The position numbers and the translations under genes are program-made. Below are positions 15,969-24,237 of a stretch of DNA of 64,000 nt, piece after piece. The notes beneath the pieces are model-generated. The model saw only the letters and a list, made by a program, of their open reading frames with translations. It made no database searches and had not been told where the DNA came from. Source of the stretch: Candidatus Omnitrophota bacterium (GTDB taxonomy: Bacteria > Omnitrophota > Omnitrophia > Omnitrophales > JACQLI01). The DNA is taken from positions 35,344 to 99,343 of the forward strand of contig JACPCP010000013.1 in assembly GCA_016179745.1 (NCBI GenBank), written 5' to 3'. The first letter of the stretch is position 1. The number at the start of each line of letters is the position of its first letter.

Positions 15969-18002
15969 CTATGAAATGGCCAATTTGGCCGGAAGGGACT
16001 CCAGCGGCTGAGTTGAATTTGGAACCGAAATTCCTTTTTCCTTCAACGCCGACTGATACAACGTGCGGATTTTTTCCACCATTTGATCCTCGGTGAATCC
16101 CCCCAGCGCTTTGGCTTGAAGGGCAGCTCCGAGCCGGCAGGCCCACTCGGTGTCTTTGAGAAGGCGGACCGCCGCCTGGGCAATCTGACCGGCATTGCGG
16201 GGTTCGACCAGGAGACCCGTTTTCCCGTCTTCGATTAAGTCCGGAATTCCGCCGACCCTGGTTCCGACCACTGCCTTCGCCAAAAATCCTCCCTCCACAA
16301 TGACCCGCCCCATCCCCTCATTCAAGGAAGGGACCACGAGCACATCCACGACCGACAGGAGAGCGGAAATGTCCTCTTGATGCCCCGCAAAATGGACTCG
16401 TCCCTCGAGGTTCGGTTTTTGAACTTCTTTCTCGAGCTTCCTTCTCTCCTCCCCGTCTCCCACAATGAGACAGCAGCTTTCGGGAACCGAATCCAGGATG
16501 GCGGGCAGTGCCTCAATCAAATAACCGCAGCCCTTCACCGGCGCAAGCCGCCCGAAGAAACCAATGACTTTTCGATCCGGAGGGATGCCCAGGGAGGCCA
16601 AAATTTCAGAACGCTGCCGGGAACGTTCAGCGAAATTTTTCTCATTGACGCCGCTCGGCACCACAACCCATTGCGGCAAGGTCCCCACTCGCCGGTCCAG
16701 GTGTTCATCCCGGCACCGCTTCGTCAAGGCAATGAGAAAATCAGTCTGCTTTGCCGCCCAGCGTTCCAAAAAGATAAAAAGTTTTTCTTTTAAAACCGGA
16801 AAATAGCTGTGAAAAACATGACCGTGGGGGGTGTGGATCACAACCGGAATTCCAAGAAGCCGGCCCGCCAGCCGGCCCAGGAGTCCGGCCTTTGACATGT
16901 GCGTGTGGAGGATCGTGCAGGCATAACGGCGGAGCCGGACTGTGAGCTTCAAGAAGGCTATCAGATCCGTCAGAGGGCGGATTTCCCGCTGGAGTTCCGG
17001 GATCAGAACAATCTCCAAACCCTCCTCGAGCGCCTCCGACAGGATCTCGCCTTCCGGCCCCCAGCTGGGACCTGTCACGAGCGAAACCGACCAGCCTTTC
17101 CGTGCCAGCCCCCGCACCGTAGCCAGGGTGTTTTCCTGGGCGCCGCCCCGTATCATTCGGGTAATCACGTGAACAACCCGCTTTTGATCCGGCAGGCTTT
17201 CGATCTTTTTGCGGACTTCCCGCCGCTTTTTTTGAAAGGCCCTTCGCTCCGCCGGCGTGGGCCAGGAGAAATATGAGCCCTGTTCAGGGCTTTGCGGAAT
17301 TCTCTCAAAATTTCCGTCCACCCCCTGCCTCACGGCCCGGACCATCAAATCCGTGCCGAGCCACAAAGCCTTTTCGTAGAGGCTTCGTTCATCGTCAAGC
17401 GGCCCCACGGGAATTTTCCGCTGCAGCACAATATCCCCACGGTCAATCTTTTCGGCGGCCCGATGCACGGTTACTCCGATTTCTTTTTCCCCGTGGTAGA
17501 GCGCCCAGAAAATCGAATCAAGCCCTGCATACCGGGGAAGGGCGGAAAGGTGGAGATTGAGAAACCCGTGCCGGGGGATCTCGAGGATCTCTTTCCGGAT
17601 GCGCCTCGTATTGGTCAAGACCCCGAGGTCCGGCTTGAGTCCACGTAAAAGCTCCATCGCCTGAAGGCCATTGTGGTCCTCCACTTCATAAAACTGAATC
17701 GGATGATCGAGGACGAATTCCTCAATGGAAAGATAGACCGGATCCTTGAATTTTCCGCCAAGGAATTTCCGAAAATAATAGTGCGCCCGGATCGACAACA
17801 ATTCCAAAATCCTCGTGGCGATAAAATGAGGACCCAGTCGAAACAAAGAGGCCGATCTGGAATTCTTTCCGGTTCCGAGCATTCGTCCCCTTTTTTCTAC
17901 GATGACTGCCAGCGGAGAAAAGCCGGCTTGGAACAGGCGCCACGCCATTTGGGCCCCCGAAGGCCGGGAGGTGCGGGTGAAAAGGACGATGCGTGGACTC
18001 AC
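15969..18002 (-). CDS. Fusion protein: sugar N-formyltransferase-like domain + GT4 (GT-B) glycosyltransferase
   Basis: N-domain has LNLHLSALPRYAG and KIDRGDIV (Asn/His/Asp formyltransferase motifs). C-domain has VVPSLNEGMGRVIVEGGFLAKAVVGTRVGGIPDLIEDGKTGLLV (GT4 E-x7-E region). Start set to GTG 18002..18000, which overlaps the upstream TGA 18001..17999. Confidence 0.8.
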   Translation of the reverse strand: MSPRIVLFTRTSRPSGAQMAWRLFQAGFSPLAVIVEKRGRMLGTGKNSRSASLFRLGPHFIATRILELLSIRAHYYFRKFLGGKFKDPVYLSIEEFVLDHPIQFYEVEDHNGLQAMELLRGLKPDLGVLTNTRRIRKEILEIPRHGFLNLHLSALPRYAGLDSIFWALYHGEKEIGVTVHRAAEKIDRGDIVLQRKIPVGPLDDERSLYEKALWLGTDLMVRAVRQGVDGNFERIPQSPEQGSYFSWPTPAERRAFQKKRREVRKKIESLPDQKRVVHVITRMIRGGAQENTLATVRGLARKGWSVSLVTGPSWGPEGEILSEALEEGLEIVLIPELQREIRPLTDLIAFLKLTVRLRRYACTILHTHMSKAGLLGRLAGRLLGIPVVIHTPHGHVFHSYFPVLKEKLFIFLERWAAKQTDFLIALTKRCRDEHLDRRVGTLPQWVVVPSGVNEKNFAERSRQRSEILASLGIPPDRKVIGFFGRLAPVKGCGYLIEALPAILDSVPESCCLIVGDGEERRKLEKEVQKPNLEGRVHFAGHQEDISALLSVVDVLVVPSLNEGMGRVIVEGGFLAKAVVGTRVGGIPDLIEDGKTGLLVEPRNAGQIAQAAVRLLKDTEWACRLGAALQAKALGGFTEDQMVEKIRTLYQSALKEKGISVPNSTQPLESLPAKLAIS

Positions 18003-20974
18003 GAGAGGGGGCTTCCCGCCAGCAGCTGATAGGCCTCTTTGGTATAACGATCCCAATGAAATGTTTCACGGACCCACCGAAGCCCCTGACGCCCAAGCCT
18101 TTGGGCTTCGTCCGGGCGGGAAAGCAGAAAATGAATTTTTTCGGCGATCTCTTCCGGACGGGCGGGATTCACCAAAAAACCGGTTTCGCCGTCCCGAATC
18201 GCTTCGCCAACGCCGCCGGAGTGCCCGCCGATCACGGGCTTAGCGCAGGCATTTGCCTCCAGGTAGACAATACCAAAACCTTCGATATGCCCCCCCTCTT
18301 CGATCTCCCGGCTCGGCATGACAAAAATTTCGCAGGCATTATAGAGAAATACCAGTTCCTCTTCCGGCACCTTTCCCATGAGACGCACATGATCTTCGAG
18401 TCCCAACTCATGAATTTGTTCCCTCAGCTTCTTTTCCTCGGCGCCGATCCCCACAACGCAATAAAGAAGATCGGGAAAGTCCTTAAGGACCGGCGGCAGT
18501 GCCCGGAGCACCTGATCGTGTCCCTTCCTTTCGATCAGCCTTCCCACAGTCAAAAGAAGCCTTTTCCCAACCAGCCGCTTCTCCTCCAGATACTTTGCCG
18601 GCACCTCCAGGGGGTGAAAGCGGTCCAAGTCCACCGCTGGATATAACACCACGCACTTTTCGGGGCTGACGCCAAAATCAGTGAGCCTTCGTCTCACGAG
18701 CTCACTGCAGGCAACGACCTTCCTCGAGCGGCCGTAAATGCTCAGATAAAGCCGGCGAGCCAACGGAATCTTTCTCACCTTTTCAAATTCGTAGCCATAC
18801 GAAAAAATGAGATATTCAAGCGGCCGCAAAAATGAGAGCGCCCAGGCCAGAACCCCTCCATAGGCGATATTCATCGCAAAAACTTTTCTGACACCCCGGC
18901 GCAAGACAATCCAGGGCATCCCGAGAAGGATCGGAAGGAACCGGAAATAACCCCAGGAATAACCCGGCAGCCGAAAAACCCGATACGGCTCGCCTTGATC
19001 GAATTCCCGGTCTCCACGGTCGCTCGGCCCGATCACCACCACCCCGGGTCCCCGGCGTGCAATCCGCAAAGCCAGCTCCCGGGAGATGGTGCTGACTCCG
19101 TCCGTATGGGGCGGAAAATCGACACTGACCAGAAGAAGCGGCCGATGACCGATAGAACCGCTCGGAGAAACTTTGAGAAAAGACCGGTCGAGCCAGCGGA
19201 TAAAACGCCTGAGGGGCGGAAAACTAAAAATACCCAGGAGTCCCAAGGCGCCGTTGAGTTTTGCCTGAAAGGTAAAAAGCGTGTCACTTGCCTCAATCCC
19301 AATCCTCTTCAACGCAAACCGGTCTGTCCCCCGCCGGTTCGTCCCGAAGGCCGCCGAAAAGGCCGCTTCGTAACCGGCCTCCCGCACCCGTGATTTCGTC
19401 GTCTCATCAAAATCTTCCGAAGTGCCGTAGGGATAGGAAAAGAATCGAACGGGTGCCCCAATCGCCGATTCGATCTTCTGCTTCGAACCCGAAATTTCCT
19501 CCGCAAGGCGTTCCGAAGAAAGATTCTTCAAGCGGGAATGACTCGTCCCGTGCGAACCGAAGGTCACTCCCCCGCCCGCCATGGCCCTCACTTCATCCCA
19601 TTGAAGAAGCCGGTTTTCGTCGGGAGAATTTTTAAAAAGATGGCTCGCCTGGCGGCCGGCCGGGGATTCGCCGGTCAGAAGGAAAATTGCTGCCGGCAGC
19701 TTTTTCTTCTTCAGAATCGGGTAGGCGGAAAGAAAGTTGTCCTCATAGCCGTCATCGAAGGTGATCGCTGCTGGAGGCCGGCCGGAAACCGGGCCTTCCG
19801 AAATCCCCCGAACCATCTCGGAAAGAGGAAGGACAGAATAATGACGGGCGAGGAGGTCGAGTTGACTTTTGAATTGGTCAGGCCGGACATTCATATCCCC
19901 TTGTTTCATCCGATCAATGCTGTGGAAAAGCAGAATCCGGAGATCCCGATCCCTGCCCAGCCGCTTCGACCACAACGGAAGGCCGAGGAGATAACCCAGG
20001 ACCGCCAAGACATGAAGGACAGCGCTTTTGGCAAAAATCCGGAGCCGAAGCCCCCCGCTTCCCCGCCTCTCCTCGAGCCCTCCCTTGCCGGCCCTGACCA
20101 TGAGCGTGGACCCCGCCAGCCTCCGATGGCCCGTCAAAAAGCCGATCCCCTGGGCCAGGCCGTAAATCACTCGTTTCACCAAACTCACAAAACCGCCGTA
20201 AGCAAAATGCCGGTAAGGGTCGCCCCGGGTGGGCTCGCCGTTACGGATCTCGATTTCAGAAAAACCCGCTTTCGACAGGAGCCGGTCCAAAGTCTCTCTT
20301 TCATAGTTGGTCTTCAAAAAGACGGAGGCCTCTTTCTGCCACCCCAGCTTTTTCAAAAAGGGGCGGCAGGCGGAATAAATCCGTAAGATTTGGCGGTGGA
20401 AAAAAGCATTGGGGGTCCGAATCAGGAGGAGACCTCCGGGGGCCAGCCAACCGTAAATTTTTCCGAGGGTCGTCACAGGTTCGGGAAGGCAGTCGATGAC
20501 ATTCCAGAGGGTAATCACATCAAAATGGCCGGAAGGGAAATTGACCGATTCGACGGTTTGATTCAGAACCCTCAACCCTTCCTCTCCGGCGGACTTCGAG
20601 GCTTCGAAGGAAGGTTCAATCCCCCACGTTTCCCAATCCTCTTCTTCCGCCAGTTTGAGAAAATCGCCATATCCCGATCCAATGTCAAGGAGCCGGCTCG
20701 TCTGCCGGTATCGTCCGCATTCCCGAAGCGCCTTCCGGTAAAGAAAAAGGCGGGCCTTCTGGATATGGGGGGTTCGCTCCCTCATTTTTTCGTAATAGTC
20801 CTTCTGATAAAAGTCCTGATTCTCTTCCACCGTAGGAAGCGGATCCTGATAGATCAACCGGCAGGAGGGGCATTGAACAAAAGACCGATCTTCTTTGACA
20901 AAGAGAAGCGCCGCCTGTGACGAGTTACAAACCGGACACGCCCGGGCCTGGATTTCCTGAGCCGTGTTACTCAT
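17999..20974 (-). CDS. Tri-domain protein: Zn-ribbon SAM methyltransferase + NodB polysaccharide deacetylase + GT4 glycosyltransferase
   Basis: CPVCNS..CPSCRL and LLDIGSGYGDF (MTase). ITFDDGYEDNFLSAYPILKKKKLPAAIFLLTG and FGSHGTSHSRL (NodB). VMPSREIEEGGHIEGFGIVYLEANACAKPVIGGHSGG (GT4). There is a TM-like segment between the MTase and NodB domains. Confidence 0.8.
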   Translation of the reverse strand: MSNTAQEIQARACPVCNSSQAALLFVKEDRSFVQCPSCRLIYQDPLPTVEENQDFYQKDYYEKMRERTPHIQKARLFLYRKALRECGRYRQTSRLLDIGSGYGDFLKLAEEEDWETWGIEPSFEASKSAGEEGLRVLNQTVESVNFPSGHFDVITLWNVIDCLPEPVTTLGKIYGWLAPGGLLLIRTPNAFFHRQILRIYSACRPFLKKLGWQKEASVFLKTNYERETLDRLLSKAGFSEIEIRNGEPTRGDPYRHFAYGGFVSLVKRVIYGLAQGIGFLTGHRRLAGSTLMVRAGKGGLEERRGSGGLRLRIFAKSAVLHVLAVLGYLLGLPLWSKRLGRDRDLRILLFHSIDRMKQGDMNVRPDQFKSQLDLLARHYSVLPLSEMVRGISEGPVSGRPPAAITFDDGYEDNFLSAYPILKKKKLPAAIFLLTGESPAGRQASHLFKNSPDENRLLQWDEVRAMAGGGVTFGSHGTSHSRLKNLSSERLAEEISGSKQKIESAIGAPVRFFSYPYGTSEDFDETTKSRVREAGYEAAFSAAFGTNRRGTDRFALKRIGIEASDTLFTFQAKLNGALGLLGIFSFPPLRRFIRWLDRSFLKVSPSGSIGHRPLLLVSVDFPPHTDGVSTISRELALRIARRGPGVVVIGPSDRGDREFDQGEPYRVFRLPGYSWGYFRFLPILLGMPWIVLRRGVRKVFAMNIAYGGVLAWALSFLRPLEYLIFSYGYEFEKVRKIPLARRLYLSIYGRSRKVVACSELVRRRLTDFGVSPEKCVVLYPAVDLDRFHPLEVPAKYLEEKRLVGKRLLLTVGRLIERKGHDQVLRALPPVLKDFPDLLYCVVGIGAEEKKLREQIHELGLEDHVRLMGKVPEEELVFLYNACEIFVMPSREIEEGGHIEGFGIVYLEANACAKPVIGGHSGGVGEAIRDGETGFLVNPARPEEIAEKIHFLLSRPDEAQRLGRQGLRWVRETFHWDRYTKEAYQLLAGSPLS

Positions 20975-22583
20975 TTTGACTGGCGAACCACCAATTTTTT
21001 TGGATCCATCCTTCCTTCAAAGGCCGGAAAACGGAATGGATCTCCTTCACCCTGAGGAGCATGCAGAGGAAAAGATAAATCCCCCCTCCGACGAGAAAGC
21101 CGGCGCCGATAGCCGCTAAGACCACGGCCTTCGAAGAAGCGGCCCAGGAGTCAATGGGCCAACGGTTCATCCACCAGGCCGTCAGGAGAACCGGGGTGGA
21201 GGCCAGGGCAAGTTGGGCGGTATGCCCGTAAAGGCTTTTCCAGCCGCCCACCAGGGGAGAGAAACGGAAGAAGAGAGGAAAACAAATAAAAAAATTCACC
21301 ACGAGCCCCGCCGAGAACCCCAGGGCCAGTCCCTGGTAATCCCACCACGAAGTAAAAACGTAACAGAAGAAATAGGTCAGAAGGGCCCGGGTCCCGCAAA
21401 GAAAAATTGCCGGCAGGGTCTTCCGGACGGCAATGAGCGACTGAGTCATAAAAAGATCGGCGTAGAGCGCAAAAGTCGCCCAGCCAAAACAGGCGAGGGA
21501 ATTCGCAATCCGGGACGTGCCTTCCAAACCGGCGTCCCCGGCCGTGAAGAACAGCGCTGCGATGGGACGTGCCAAAGCGGTCAAAAGAAACCCCGCCGGC
21601 ACCAGGATCAAGAACCCCCCTCGAAGCGTCTGGAAAAAAGTCTCCCTCAAATTTTCCCCGCCCAGGTCGCCGGCCTGCTTTGCCAGCAAAGGAAAAATGG
21701 CGAAAAGGACCGTGTGGCTCACGAGTCCCATCGGCACGGTGGTCAAGGTCTGCGAAATGTTCAATGAGGAAATCGTGCCTTCCCACATCCCGGAGCCAAA
21801 CCGGTTCAGGATCAAAAAGGGGATCTGTTGAAGACCCCAGATCATCCCCATGGGGACCAGAAACCAAACCAGTTTTTCCAGCCCGTGATTCCGAAAGGAC
21901 GGCTTCGCCAGAGACAGCGAATGCCTTTTGAAAAAATAAACCGCCTGCTGCACGAACGCCGCCAGACTGCCTGCGACCGCCCCCCAAGCGGCCCCAAAAA
22001 TACCCCAGGTCTTCCAACTGACCAGCGTGATACCGATCATCACCGCCGTGTCCACCAGTCCGGACGACGCCGCATAAGCGTAGTGCTCAAAGTAACTGTT
22101 CAGCGCTTTGAAAAAAGAGCTCAGACTGATGAAAATAACCACCAAGCTTAAAATCTGAAACAGGGAGGAGGTTAATTTCTGCTCGTCCGCCGAGAAGCCC
22201 GGCACCAACTCCCGGATGACCCACGGCGCACTCCAGCATGCCGCCACCGCTATCACCCCTGTCAAGAGAGTGACGGCCACGAGCATCTCCCGGACAAAAT
22301 GATCCGCTTCGGCCCGGCTCTTTTCAGCCATGACTTGCGAAAAGATCGGAAGGAACCCGAGGAAGAGGATTCCCTCGAAGAAAATGGCCAGATAATACGG
22401 CAGATAGCTGGCCGCAAAAAATGAGTCGGCCACCCAGGAGACTCCAAACAATCGGCCGATCAGGATCTTCTTGAAAAAATTCATCAGCTTCGCCGCCACC
22501 AGAAAGAGAAAGATCATCAGCGAAGTCCGGAGCACCCGGTTCGGATGAACCTTATTCTCAGCCTGCGTTTTGTTTGAGTTCAT
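20967..22583 (-). CDS. MurJ/MviN-like MOP-superfamily lipid-linked glycan flippase
   Basis: About 14 TM segments. N-terminal pattern AAKLMNFFKKILIGRLFGVSWVADSFFAASYLPYYL resembles the MurJ signature. I prefer ATG 22583 (MNSNK); the track start 22655 overlaps the upstream gene by 98 nt. Confidence 0.75.
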   Translation of the reverse strand: MNSNKTQAENKVHPNRVLRTSLMIFLFLVAAKLMNFFKKILIGRLFGVSWVADSFFAASYLPYYLAIFFEGILFLGFLPIFSQVMAEKSRAEADHFVREMLVAVTLLTGVIAVAACWSAPWVIRELVPGFSADEQKLTSSLFQILSLVVIFISLSSFFKALNSYFEHYAYAASSGLVDTAVMIGITLVSWKTWGIFGAAWGAVAGSLAAFVQQAVYFFKRHSLSLAKPSFRNHGLEKLVWFLVPMGMIWGLQQIPFLILNRFGSGMWEGTISSLNISQTLTTVPMGLVSHTVLFAIFPLLAKQAGDLGGENLRETFFQTLRGGFLILVPAGFLLTALARPIAALFFTAGDAGLEGTSRIANSLACFGWATFALYADLFMTQSLIAVRKTLPAIFLCGTRALLTYFFCYVFTSWWDYQGLALGFSAGLVVNFFICFPLFFRFSPLVGGWKSLYGHTAQLALASTPVLLTAWWMNRWPIDSWAASSKAVVLAAIGAGFLVGGGIYLFLCMLLRVKEIHSVFRPLKEGWIQKNWWFASQNE

Positions 22584-23787
22584 GAAGATGCCGAAAGGCC
22601 ACGGCGGTAAGGAGCCAGAAGGGAATGGCAATCTTTGCCACGGTCCAGCTGACACACGAAAAGTTGTGAATCAAAATGCCGACAAAAGCCAAAAGCCAGC
22701 CCGCTGCCGTCCCTTGAGCCTCTCCCCCGTTTTTGTGAGGCCGAAGCGAGACCCATTGACGCACGAGCGCACCGCAAAGCACGAGGAACGCCGAAAGCCC
22801 CAGCAAACCCGTTTCGGCCAGGACCAGGACATACTGCGACTCGTAGAAAAGCCGGTGCCGGGAACCCCAACCCGATCCGAACAGCCAAAACCGGTCAAAG
22901 TTCCAGAGGGCCCGTTTCCACATGGACCAATCCCCGGCCACGGAAGAATGGAAGGGGTCAGTGGATGTAAACGCCTCGCCCAAATCCAAAAGTCTTTCCG
23001 CCAACCGAGTGGGAAGCAAAAGCCCCAGGAGGACAAAGACACAAGCCATGAAAACCAATCTCTTCCGCCCGCCTAAAAAAAGCAACCCAAAAGCAAAGAT
23101 GCCGGCCAGTGAAAAATAGCTCTTTCGAGAGTAAGTCCAAATGAGTGGGAAAAACGCAAAAAGGAGGGCGGCCAGGAAGATCCCGCTCCAAAAACGGCTG
23201 GGCGACTTTAGAAACAATCCCGTCACGAACCCCATCCACAGCACCAGCAAGCCTCCGATGTGATTGGCATCGCCCTGGAAGGGCGGCCGTTCAAAGAGGC
23301 GGTAATAATTCGGATAGACCGCCTTCGCCGTGGGCGAAAAATATTCCCAGTAGCCGTAAGCAGCCACGGCGATCCCGAGGAGGAAAAAGGCCCGCAGCAA
23401 GAAACGGGAGTCCTGGGGGGTCCTGATGAATGCGCCGGCCAGCACAAAAACCAGAAAGTATTCGAACCATTTCACAAGATAAAGAAAGCTGACGAGGGGC
23501 TTGTCGATCGTCCTGAACAAGAGACCGTTAAAGATCGAAATCTCGGCAACAATCAAAAAACCAAGGAACGCCGTTACAATGAAGGAGAAGGCGGGACGGA
23601 CCGCCCCTTTGGCCCAGAGGCCCCAGCCCAGCAAGGCCAATAGGGCGGCCAAAATATCATCGATCCGTAAATCGATCGAGTAAAAGCCGCCGAGGGTTCC
23701 CACCGAAATCCGAGGCACGAAAACGCAGGACAATAGCAGGGCCGCCATCAACCCTCTTCCGAGAGAAAGGATGTTTTTTTCTTCCAT
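22558..23787 (-). CDS. O-antigen ligase/polymerase-like (Wzy_C domain) membrane protein
   Basis: 409 aa with about 10-12 TM segments. IWTYSRKSYFSL plus a large loop with conserved-type His/Arg (GSGWGSRHRLFYESQ), typical of the O-antigen ligase/polymerase family. Confidence 0.7.
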   Translation of the reverse strand: MEEKNILSLGRGLMAALLLSCVFVPRISVGTLGGFYSIDLRIDDILAALLALLGWGLWAKGAVRPAFSFIVTAFLGFLIVAEISIFNGLLFRTIDKPLVSFLYLVKWFEYFLVFVLAGAFIRTPQDSRFLLRAFFLLGIAVAAYGYWEYFSPTAKAVYPNYYRLFERPPFQGDANHIGGLLVLWMGFVTGLFLKSPSRFWSGIFLAALLFAFFPLIWTYSRKSYFSLAGIFAFGLLFLGGRKRLVFMACVFVLLGLLLPTRLAERLLDLGEAFTSTDPFHSSVAGDWSMWKRALWNFDRFWLFGSGWGSRHRLFYESQYVLVLAETGLLGLSAFLVLCGALVRQWVSLRPHKNGGEAQGTAAGWLLAFVGILIHNFSCVSWTVAKIAIPFWLLTAVAFRHLHELKQNAG

Positions 23788-23793
23788 GGTCCT

Positions 23794-24237
23794 TCAGATT
23801 TTTATTTTTTCATCCAGGAGACGGAAATCCAAAATCCTTCCCTCGATGAAATACCGGTCGTTGATCAAAAAGATCTTGTTGCCCTTGACCAGGGTGTATT
23901 TTCCATAACGCAGGATCCCCGAGCTTTCTTCCACAATCAAAACCTTTGCGGTCGCCTTGGTAATCTTCTTGTCGCCCAACGCCTCCTCCCCGAATCCAAT
24001 GACCTGCCAATCAATTTGCCCGAAGACATTCCGGGACTCCTCGGCGGCGGGAAGCACGTCCTCCATCCAGCTCAAATCATCCGGCAGGAGAATTTCCACC
24101 TCGGCATAGCGTGAGACACCTTCCCGTTGAATGAGATGGGAAAAGCGGATGGGCTTGACGAAGCTGAAGTAAATCGAAAGGCCGGCCAGGAGAACCAGCA
24201 GGATGAGAAACAGGTCGAACAAGCTCGGACGTTTCAT
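23794..24237 (-). CDS. Small N-terminally membrane-anchored protein, unknown function (DUF4330-like by pattern)
   Basis: Start ATG 24237..24235 overlaps the AsnB stop TGA 24236..24234. MKRPSLFDLFLILLVLLAGLSIYFSF anchor, followed by a ~120-aa beta-rich region. Confidence 0.5.
   Translation of the reverse strand: MKRPSLFDLFLILLVLLAGLSIYFSFVKPIRFSHLIQREGVSRYAEVEILLPDDLSWMEDVLPAAEESRNVFGQIDWQVIGFGEEALGDKKITKATAKVLIVEESSGILRYGKYTLVKGNKIFLINDRYFIEGRILDFRLLDEKIKI

Noticed and set aside
22558-22655. An apparent 98-nt overlap between the MurJ-like gene and the Wzy/ligase-like gene. Similar long overlaps occur at 1616..1722, 2911..2992, 37827..37909 and 38611..38909.
   Set aside because: These are artefacts of taking the longest ORF. 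Internal starts with SD sequences or short overlaps give normal gene junctions, so there is no evidence for functional long overlaps.
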